Source: a virus (Duplodnaviria > Caudoviricetes). From it: DNA of 38,557 bases. Position 1 is the first letter of the stretch. Every line of letters starts with the position of its first letter. The translations under genes and the position numbers were made by a program. The notes below the pieces were generated by a model. The model saw nothing but the letters and a program-made list of their open reading frames with translations, was not told the DNA's origin and did not search any database. Where the stretch lies: the IMG/VR virus record IMGVR_UViG_3300045285_000068, positions 1 through 38,557 of that record; one strand, 5' to 3'. Positions 1 to 7,233 of the stretch are shown here, piece by piece.

Positions 1-100
1 ATGAGCCGCTGATGTTCATTCCCAATCCGCGCTTCGTGAAGGGCAACCGGAAGACGCGCCGCGCGGCCAAGCGAATGTGGCTGCGCGGTGGTAACGCGCT

Positions 101-274
101 ATGAATGACATGAGCCTGCGACCGCCGCCGGTCGATACGCAACCGCTGGCCGATGAGACGATGATCGTCGTCTATCACCCGTACTCGGCCTCGCACGATG
201 GCATCCCGGTGCTGGTCACGCTCCGCCCGGACGGCCGGCCCGTGCGTGCGTCGTGCCGCTGGCCGGCGCCATGA
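101..274 (+). CDS. Small hypothetical protein (57 aa, MNDMSLRPPP...)
   Basis: Read by hand; ATGA overlaps with the upstream partial ORF and the downstream ORF. Confidence 0.55.
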   Translation: MNDMSLRPPPVDTQPLADETMIVVYHPYSASHDGIPVLVTLRPDGRPVRASCRWPAP

Positions 275-492
275 CCACACCTGACCCGGCGCGCGCCACG
301 CCCCCCCGCGACGGGCCGGAGCGCCGCGTCGTGCCGGTGCCGCCGGAGTGGCTAGCGGAGTGGGAGGCGTGGGCAACGGCTGAGGACGGTCCAGCGATGC
401 CAGGACTCCACCGATCGAGGGCGCGCGAGCTGCTGCGCTACGTCCGGGCGCTGGAGCGCGAGATTGCCGATCATCGCGGGGGCCGCTGGTGA
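271..492 (+). CDS. Hypothetical protein (73 aa, MTTPDPAR...)
   Basis: ATGA-coupled start at 271 inside track ORF 253..492. Confidence 0.6.
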   Translation: MTTPDPARATPPRDGPERRVVPVPPEWLAEWEAWATAEDGPAMPGLHRSRARELLRYVRALEREIADHRGGRW

Positions 493-632
493 CGATCGGC
501 CGAACCTGGCGGTGTCCGATATGTGGCCACACGGTCTGGTCTAGGGCCGTGGGCCTGGATATCATCCGGCGTGGCAGTCTGACCTGCACCGGGCTGCTGG
601 TGGAGGTTTCGCCGGACGCCACACCGCGCTAG
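489..632 (+). CDS. Small protein with CPIC motif (47 aa)
   Basis: GTGA overlap with the previous stop; MTIGRTWRCPICGH... Confidence 0.45.
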   Translation: MTIGRTWRCPICGHTVWSRAVGLDIIRRGSLTCTGLLVEVSPDATPR

Positions 633-736
633 GTCAGCCGCCCGCCGCGTGCTACGGTGCGCCACCGCCTCCGGATGCCGCTCGTGGCTATTGCCCGACG
701 CGCAGAGGCCGCTGCCAACGATCAGCGCGACCGGAC

Positions 737-1324
737 TTGCGACCCACCAGCCCGCCGCTGGCCGAATTCATTGGCTTTCCGGTGATCGAGGGTCCATACC
801 GCCCCCCGCACGATCACGGGGCTGCCTCCGATCTGGCCCCCATGTCGTGCGGCTCGCGTCCGGCAGGCCCGCGCTGGTACTGCTGCATGACGCATCCCGG
901 CGGCGAATACCGGGCAGAGCTGCACCTGGTCGAGCAGGGCTTCGCCGTCTATTCGCCGTTGGTCCTCGACCTCCGCTTCCGCCGCGAGATCGGCCACGGC
1001 TCCATCCACCCGGCATTCCCCGGCTACCTGTTCGTGTCGCTTGACCTGGCGCGCGATGAGTGGCGGCGGATCTACCGCACGCGCGGGATTGCCGGCCTGA
1101 TCGGCGAGACGATCGCCCGCCCAACCGCGCTCGGGCCCGGGATTGTCGAGGAGCTGATCGCGCGGACCTCGCCGCGGCGGATCGTGGACGATCCCGGATC
1201 CACGTCGTTCCCGGATCCAGCCGCACCCCGCAAGCACTGGCGCAACTTGGCCGGCCTCTCCGGTAAGGCGCGCCGCGAGCTGCTCCTGCAGCTATTCGGC
1301 CAGGACGTCGCCACCGCGGCTTAG
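737..1324 (+). CDS. NusG/RfaH-family transcription antiterminator (start may be ATG 842)
   Basis: NGN-domain motifs WYCCMT..GE..AE.HL..QGF..YSP, FPGYLFV and W..I..TRG; C-terminal LLLQLFG; lies just upstream of the late genes, like lambda Q. Confidence 0.88.
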   Translation: MRPTSPPLAEFIGFPVIEGPYRPPHDHGAASDLAPMSCGSRPAGPRWYCCMTHPGGEYRAELHLVEQGFAVYSPLVLDLRFRREIGHGSIHPAFPGYLFVSLDLARDEWRRIYRTRGIAGLIGETIARPTALGPGIVEELIARTSPRRIVDDPGSTSFPDPAAPRKHWRNLAGLSGKARRELLLQLFGQDVATAA

Positions 1325-1491
1325 CCCGCTCCGCCGCACCAGTCGCAATCGATGGGCGTGGGCTCCAGGCAACAGCACGTATCATCGCCGCACTCGCACT
1401 GCGTATCGTCCAGCCCGGTGCCGCCGCAGTTCGGGCAGTCCTCGTACTCGTCGTCCCACACCTCGTCACAGCGCAGCGGCGTCTTTGCCAT
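1321..1491 (-). CDS. Cys-rich zinc-ribbon protein (56 aa) with CxxCxGxG repeats
   Basis: CPNCGGTG ... CECGDDTCCC ... CDWCGGAG; ATG at 1491. Confidence 0.6.
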   Translation of the reverse strand: MAKTPLRCDEVWDDEYEDCPNCGGTGLDDTQCECGDDTCCCLEPTPIDCDWCGGAG

Positions 1492-1652
1492 CGCGGTAGG
1501 GTGACAGGAATTGTCACCCCCATCCAGTTCGGCCGTTGCGTCCCTTGCGGCCGGGCGGCGGTCCTGCCGGCGCACCTGGCGCGTTCCAACTCGCCCCAGG
1601 GCTCCGCCGGCAGCCCGACCGCTGCTTACCGCGCGTGATCAGGCGGTGCCAT

Positions 1653-1676
1653 GATGGTCTATTCGAGGGTCTATTC
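1653..1676. repeat. 12-bp tandem repeat GA(T/G)GGTCTATTC x2 upstream of the recombinase
   Basis: GATGGTCTATTC followed directly by GAGGGTCTATTC. Confidence 0.7.
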
Positions 1677-1718
1677 CGGCCGCAATATACGGCCATCAAT
1701 TACCATTTAAGGCCACTG

Positions 1719-2573
1719 ATGTCCGACCTGATTTGCCTCTCTCCGCAGGCGACCAGCGACGCCGGCATGATCGAGCTGTGGCTCGATACCCAGCGCAGTC
1801 CCGCAACCCGCGCGGGCTATGCGGGCGAGATTCGGGCGTTGCAGGCATTCTCGTCCATCCCCCTTCGCGAGATCACCATCCGCGACCTGCAAGCGTTCGC
1901 GTCTACTCTTGATCACCTGGCGCCAGCGACAATCTGCCGCCGCCTCGCCGCGGTGAAATCGCTGTTCAAGCTCGGTCACCGGCTCGGCTATCTGCAGTTC
2001 GACGTGGCCGCCCCTCTTCCGCTGCCGACGATCCGCGACACGCTGAGCGAGCGCATTTTGACCGAGTGGGATGTGCAACGCATGCTGGCGCGCGAACCGA
2101 ACGCGCGCAACGCGGCGCTTCTTCGGTTGCTCTACGGTGCCGGGCTGCGGATCTCCGAACCATGCAACTTGCGCTGGCGCGACCTGACACCACGCGATGA
2201 CGCCGGCCAGGTGACGATTCTCGGCAAGGGCGGTAAGACTCGGTTCATCCTGCTTTCCGCGCCGCTTTGGACCCGATTGAGCGCGTTGCGCGGCAATTCC
2301 GGGCCGGATGACGCGGTATTTCGTTCGCGGCAAGGCGGTGCATTGTCACGGCGCGAGGTGCATCGGATCGTTAAAGCGGCAGCGCGGCGGGCGGGTTTGG
2401 CGTCAACGGTGTCGGCGCACTTTCTAAGGCACAGTGCATGCAGTCACGCGCTGGATCGTGGTTGCGCGGTGCACGTTGTGCAAACTTCGCTGGGCCACGC
2501 TTCACTTTCCACGACGACGCGTTACTCGCACGCGCGGCCGAACGACAGCATCAGCCGCTATCTCAACGCGTGA
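1719..2573 (+). CDS. XerC/D-like tyrosine recombinase
   Basis: SAM-like N-terminal domain, then GLRISE (R), GKGGK (K), HFLRH (HxxR), LGHAS (H) and RYSH (Y); ATG 1719 preferred over 1536. Confidence 0.93.
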   Translation: MSDLICLSPQATSDAGMIELWLDTQRSPATRAGYAGEIRALQAFSSIPLREITIRDLQAFASTLDHLAPATICRRLAAVKSLFKLGHRLGYLQFDVAAPLPLPTIRDTLSERILTEWDVQRMLAREPNARNAALLRLLYGAGLRISEPCNLRWRDLTPRDDAGQVTILGKGGKTRFILLSAPLWTRLSALRGNSGPDDAVFRSRQGGALSRREVHRIVKAAARRAGLASTVSAHFLRHSACSHALDRGCAVHVVQTSLGHASLSTTTRYSHARPNDSISRYLNA

Positions 2574-2721
2574 CCGTTGCGCTGCCAGCGCGCATCGGCG
2601 CTCCGCCCCTCCGGGCGGCGGGGGCGGGGGGCGCGGCCAGCCGCGGGACTTTATGACCCTCGCCCGCGCGCCCGCGCGTACGCGCGCGTAGGTTTCCGCC
2701 ACTTTCCGGGTGATTGAACGC

Positions 2722-4128
2722 ATGGCCGCAGCCGGACAAGCCAAGAGCGGCGGCAGACAGGCCGGCACCCCCAACCGCCCCAAGCCCACCGCAAACGTGG
2801 CAGCGAAAAGTGACGTGGCGCCGGCCGGGGCGAAGCTGCCGCCATACAAGCTCGCGGCGATCGGCGACCTGGTGGAATACGAGCGCAACCCCAGGGTCCA
2901 TTCCGACTCCCAGGTTGCGAAAATCGCGGCCTCGATAACCGAGTTCGGCTTCACCAATCCGCTCTTGGTCGACGGCCACAAGGGCATCATCGCGGGCCAC
3001 GGCAGGTTGCAGGCGGCTCGGTTGCTCGGGCTTGCCGTGGTGCCGACTATCACGCTCACCGGCCTGTCCGACGCGCAGAAGCGGGCGCTGGTCATAGCGG
3101 ATAATGCGCTGGCCCTCGATGCTTCGTGGGACACCGACATGCTGGCCCTCGAATTGGGCGAGCTGCGCGACCTGGGCTTCGACCTGTCGTTGACCGGCTT
3201 CGACCTGCCGGAGCTCGGCCGCATCCTCGGCCCCGACGCGGGCAACACCGACCCGGACGATGCGCCGGCGGTGCAGGCGGTCGCGGTGTCGCGCACGGGC
3301 GATGTGTGGATCATGGGACGGCACCGGCTGGTGTGCGGCGACTGCACCGATGCGGCAGTGGTCGAGGCGGCGCTGGCGGGGGCGAAGCCGCATCTGATGG
3401 TGACGGACCCGCCGTATGGCGTGAGCCTCGACCCGTCATGGCGCGATAACCATGCCGGCGCGAACAAGATGGCGAAGGCCGGCAAGGGCGGTGCTGCGTA
3501 CATGGATGGCGGCAAGGGCGACACTGACGCGCGCTGGGATGCGACCTGGAAACTATCCCCGGCCGACGTGTTCTACGTCTGGTGCGCACCCGGCCCGAAG
3601 CAGGTTGAGGTTCACGCTGCGTTACTCGCCGCCGACTTTGAGACCCGGCAATTTCTGATCTGGGACAAGGGCATTCTGACACTCACGCGCACGCAATACT
3701 GGTACACGCACGAGACGTGTCTTTACGGTTGTCGCAAAGGCATGACGGCTCACTGGGTCGGCAAAGCCGGACAAGGGAGCGTTTGGACGATTGCCTCGCC
3801 GAAGCACATCATGAGCGGCAGCAAGGAACAGAACGAACCACATCCAGCCCAGAAGCCCGTCGAGTGCATGCGCCGTCCGATCGAGAACAACAGCGCGCCG
3901 GGCGATGCGGTGTACGATCCGTTCCTCGGATCGGGAACCACGCTGATCGCCGCCGAGCAGACGGGGCGGTGCGCGATTGGGATCGAGGTGTCACCACAGT
4001 ACGTGGACGTTGCCGTGCGCCGCTGGCAATCGTTCACGGGACAAGAGGCCATCCACGAACCCACCGGCCGCCCGTTCGCCGCCATCGCCGCCGAGCGCGC
4101 TACGGCAACGGATACCGCTGGGCCATAA
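2722..4128 (+). CDS. ParB-like domain plus N4/N6 DNA methyltransferase (beta class)
   Basis: YERNPR..GFTNP..IIAGHGR..IADN (ParB-N); VTDPPY precedes HPAQKP and DPFLGSGTT. Confidence 0.93.
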   Translation: MAAAGQAKSGGRQAGTPNRPKPTANVAAKSDVAPAGAKLPPYKLAAIGDLVEYERNPRVHSDSQVAKIAASITEFGFTNPLLVDGHKGIIAGHGRLQAARLLGLAVVPTITLTGLSDAQKRALVIADNALALDASWDTDMLALELGELRDLGFDLSLTGFDLPELGRILGPDAGNTDPDDAPAVQAVAVSRTGDVWIMGRHRLVCGDCTDAAVVEAALAGAKPHLMVTDPPYGVSLDPSWRDNHAGANKMAKAGKGGAAYMDGGKGDTDARWDATWKLSPADVFYVWCAPGPKQVEVHAALLAADFETRQFLIWDKGILTLTRTQYWYTHETCLYGCRKGMTAHWVGKAGQGSVWTIASPKHIMSGSKEQNEPHPAQKPVECMRRPIENNSAPGDAVYDPFLGSGTTLIAAEQTGRCAIGIEVSPQYVDVAVRRWQSFTGQEAIHEPTGRPFAAIAAERATATDTAGP

Positions 4129-4268
4129 TCGCCGCCGTCGCGATCTCGTCCAACAACAGCGCCGCGTCCGCCTCAGTCGCCGGAATGAGCCACGTGCCGC
4201 ACCGCCGCCCTGGCGCAACCCGACAACCGGGCGGCAATGAACCAGACGGCCCCTGCGTAGGAGACAAC

Positions 4269-4697
4269 ATGCCACTGGACACGACCAACCGGAACAGCAC
4301 CCGCGCGGAAGCCATCGCCGAAGCGTTCGCCGCGATCACCCTGACGCCGCGCCCCAAGCGTGCCGCCGATGCGGTCGCGGTAGAGTACTACGTCGCCAGC
4401 ACCCTGCTGTCCGCTGCCGAAAAGCGCCGCGACCTGGCGAAGCGCGAGGCCGTCGCCGCCAAGGTGATCCCGAACGGCGGACTCGAGATTGGCACGCACG
4501 CGCGCATCTATGTCGGCGAGATCGTGGAGATCAGCGCCAACGTCACGCCCCAGGCGGACAAGCTGGACGGCGCGGGGCTGGTCGCCGATCTGCTGGCGGC
4601 GGGCGTGCGCAAGGCGCTACTGGCCCGGCTGGTGAAGCGGCATACGCACGAGTTCGCGCCGGCGCATCGGTACGTCGCTAGCCTCGTAACCGCCTGA
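4269..4697 (+). CDS. Hypothetical protein (142 aa)
   Basis: AGGAG Shine-Dalgarno before ATG 4269; phage-like codon usage. Confidence 0.75.
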   Translation: MPLDTTNRNSTRAEAIAEAFAAITLTPRPKRAADAVAVEYYVASTLLSAAEKRRDLAKREAVAAKVIPNGGLEIGTHARIYVGEIVEISANVTPQADKLDGAGLVADLLAAGVRKALLARLVKRHTHEFAPAHRYVASLVTA

Positions 4698-4888
4698 CCC
4701 GCCCCATCCCCGACGCCGAGCGTGCGGTCATCGCCGGCGTCATCACCGACCACCCCGCGCTGAGCCTGTCCTCGATCGCCCGCGTCACGCGCCGGTCGCT
4801 GCGGAGCGTCTGGCTGATATACCGCGCCGAACTCGCCGCCGGCCGCACGACGCTGCGCACGCCGGGCGGGCCGAACCACCACCGCTAG
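4694..4888 (+). CDS. Putative HTH protein (64 aa) with CTG start, absent from the ORF track
   Basis: Open frame fills the 4697-4898 gap with GC3-rich codons; HTH-like SLSSIARVTRRSLRSVWLIY; CTGA overlap with the upstream stop. Confidence 0.55.
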   Translation: MTRPIPDAERAVIAGVITDHPALSLSSIARVTRRSLRSVWLIYRAELAAGRTTLRTPGGPNHHR

Positions 4889-4897
4889 GATAGCCAC

Positions 4898-5332
4898 ATG
4901 CCCCGCGACGGGCGACCGCCGTACGCGCCGACAGACAAGGAACGCGCAGCCACTGCCAGCCGGATCAACAGCCTGGTGCTCGCCGATACCACGCAGCGCA
5001 TGATCGCGCGCATCGTCGGCATTTCCCCCGGTGTGCTGCGCCGCGAATACCGCAAGGAACTCGACACCGCGTACGCCGTGATCCTGGCTGAGATCGGCGG
5101 CGGGATGATTACCGCCGCGCGTCCCGACCCGCGAACCGGTATGCCGCGCGATCTGAAGGCCGCGATGTTCTACCTCGAAACGCATGGCTGGGCGCGCTCG
5201 GAACACCACGAGATCACCGGCAAGGATGGCGCGCCGATCGTCGTCAAAAGCTACGTGGTCCGCGCGCCGTCGCCAACCGAAAGCGCAGCCGAGTGGCTTC
5301 AAACTTACGCACCGCCCGATCCGACAACCTGA
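4898..5332 (+). CDS. terS: Terminase small subunit
   Basis: HTH-like IARIVGIS..LRREY..EL, AAMFYL..HGW and EITGKDGAPI; directly upstream of terL. Confidence 0.82.
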   Translation: MPRDGRPPYAPTDKERAATASRINSLVLADTTQRMIARIVGISPGVLRREYRKELDTAYAVILAEIGGGMITAARPDPRTGMPRDLKAAMFYLETHGWARSEHHEITGKDGAPIVVKSYVVRAPSPTESAAEWLQTYAPPDPTT

Positions 5333-6723
5333 TCGCATGGGAGCCGCAGCCGGGACCGCAATCTGCGTTTGTCACATGCCCGATTTACGAAGCCTTCTTC
5401 GGCGGTGCACGGGGCGGAGGAAAAAGCGACGGGTCGCTAGGCGACTGGTCCATCCATGCGGACACTTACGGCGCCGATGCAATCGGGCTCATGGTTCGCC
5501 GGTCCCGCACGGAACTTATGGAGACCTTTGAGCGGGCGCGTGTAATCTTTGGCAAGCTAGACGCCCATATCACTTACCAGCCGATGCGCATTACGCTGCC
5601 AAATAGGTCCCGCATCACATTAGCCTATCTGGATCGGGATCAGGACGCAGACCTCTACCAAGGTCACAGTTACACGCGGGTATATGTCGAGGAAATCGGC
5701 AATTTCGCGTCACCGACACCGATTATGAAACTCCATGCGACATTGCGATCTGGCGCGGGCGTGCCGGTCGGATTCCGGGCGACTGGCAATCCAGGAGGCC
5801 CGGGACATCAATGGGTCCGCGCCCGCTACATCGATCCGGCGCCCCTTGGCTGGAAAGTGATCCGCGACCCGGAGACTGGCCTGGAGCGCATATACATTCC
5901 GTCGCGCGTGGCGGACAACAAATACCTCGGCGCGGACTATGTGCAACGGCTGAAAGCGTCCGGCTCGCCCGAGTTGGTGCGTGCATGGCTGGAGGGCGAC
6001 TGGTCGGTTGTCTCGGGTGCGTTCTTCCCCGAATTCAGCATGGCCCGCCACGTTATCGCCCCGCGCGATCTGCCGGAGCATTGGCCGCGGTTCCGGTCGT
6101 TCGATTGGGGCAGTGCCAAACCGTTCTCCGTCGGGTGGTGGGCCGTGTCGGACGGATCGATACCGGGCATCGCGCGTGGCTGCATCGTGCGCTATCGCGA
6201 GTGGTACGGCATGCAGACCGGTCAACCCAATGTCGGTTTGCGCATGACGGCGGAGGCCATCGCGGCGGGCATTCTGACGCGCGAGGCAGGCGATCCGAAA
6301 CCGATGCTCGGCGTCGCCGATCCGGCAATCTTCACGGAGGACGGCGGCCCGTCGATCGCCATGCGAATGAGCGGCGCGGGCGTGATCTTCCGGGCAGCCG
6401 ACAACAAGCGGGTGCCAGGTCGCGGCGCAATGGGCGGCTGGGATTTGGTTCGCCAACGCCTGATCGGTGATCTGGACGACATGCCGATGATGCTGATGTT
6501 CTCGACCTCGCGCGATCTGATCCGCACGCTTCCGGCGTTGCAGCATGACGCGGCACGGGCGGAGGACGTGGATACCGATAACGAGGACCACGCGGCCGAC
6601 GAGTGCCGGTATGCGTGTGCCTCACGTCCCTGGATACGCGATGCGACGCGGCCAAAGGTTCGCGATTCCTGGGATGCGGCGTTTGGCAAGTCTGAGGAGG
6701 CGCAGGGATGGCGCGTGTCGTAA
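5293..6723 (+). CDS. terL: Terminase large subunit
   Basis: PQPGPQ, Walker A GGARGGGKS, Walker B VYVEE, ATGNPGG, nuclease FDWG and EDHAADECRY. Confidence 0.96.
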   Translation: MASNLRTARSDNLIAWEPQPGPQSAFVTCPIYEAFFGGARGGGKSDGSLGDWSIHADTYGADAIGLMVRRSRTELMETFERARVIFGKLDAHITYQPMRITLPNRSRITLAYLDRDQDADLYQGHSYTRVYVEEIGNFASPTPIMKLHATLRSGAGVPVGFRATGNPGGPGHQWVRARYIDPAPLGWKVIRDPETGLERIYIPSRVADNKYLGADYVQRLKASGSPELVRAWLEGDWSVVSGAFFPEFSMARHVIAPRDLPEHWPRFRSFDWGSAKPFSVGWWAVSDGSIPGIARGCIVRYREWYGMQTGQPNVGLRMTAEAIAAGILTREAGDPKPMLGVADPAIFTEDGGPSIAMRMSGAGVIFRAADNKRVPGRGAMGGWDLVRQRLIGDLDDMPMMLMFSTSRDLIRTLPALQHDAARAEDVDTDNEDHAADECRYACASRPWIRDATRPKVRDSWDAAFGKSEEAQGWRVS

Positions 6724-6926
6724 CACCTGATCCCAAGCCCGACACCCGCCCGCTCGGCGTTCCCACCGTCATCCCCGCGCCGCGCGAGCGGTGGGAGACG
6801 TTCATGCTGCCGCGCACGTCCGACACGTTCGCCGATCTCCGGACGCTCAACACGCTCGGCGCGGGCGGTTGGGAGTTCGTGCAGGTGGCGGGGTTGGAGT
6901 TCTGGCTGAAGCGGCGGGTGGGTTAG
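6708..6926 (+). CDS. DUF4177-like small protein
   Basis: LNTLGAGGWEFVQV...LKR signature. Confidence 0.65.
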   Translation: MARVVTPDPKPDTRPLGVPTVIPAPRERWETFMLPRTSDTFADLRTLNTLGAGGWEFVQVAGLEFWLKRRVG

Positions 6927-7204
6927 TCCGCCAGCGTCGCGTCGATCATCGCGCGCCACGCAGAGTCTGACTCAGTGTGAAGTCCCAGCTCGATCCGGTG
7001 GCGAATAGCAGTGTTGCCAGCCTTAACCATAGCCTCAGTCGGCTCGCGCATCGCGGCAATCGCTACGTTGGCGATAAGAGTGGGAGAGATAGCCTCCTCA
7101 TAGTAAGCCGGACCCGCCGGACACTTGTGGCGTTCATCGTCGCGATATTGGCGGACTAATTCTTCACGAATAGCCAGCGCCACCCGCTCAACCATCTCTG
7201 ACAT
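6923..7204 (-). CDS. Hypothetical phage protein, counter-oriented moron
   Basis: AAMREPTEAM...WRAMID motif common in alphaproteobacterial phage ORFs; lower GC; TAGGGT 6 nt before the ATG (possible leaderless promoter). Confidence 0.7.
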   Translation of the reverse strand: MSEMVERVALAIREELVRQYRDDERHKCPAGPAYYEEAISPTLIANVAIAAMREPTEAMVKAGNTAIRHRIELGLHTESDSAWRAMIDATLAD

Positions 7205-7233
7205 CCACCGACCCTACCGCGAAAGGAGGGCGC

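Noticed and set aside
1536-1718. 61-residue N-terminal extension of the XerD-like recombinase
   Set aside because: It spans the repeat and AT-rich site, is not domain-like, and ATG 1719 gives a normal length.
4100-4357. Minus-strand ORF between the MTase and the 4269 gene
   Set aside because: It overlaps both neighbours and has no clear SD or motif.
4886-4900. Leaderless promoter for terS (TAGGAT-6nt-ATG)
   Set aside because: More simply explained as the upstream ORF's TAG overlapping an AGGA SD; no -35.
1491-7222. Inverted 12-mer TCGCGGTAGGGT (1491-1502 and 7211-7222) as ends of an invertible segment
   Set aside because: Many 12-bp matches are expected by chance in a GC-rich 38-kb sequence; the copies lack core-site symmetry and each can be read as a -10 element.
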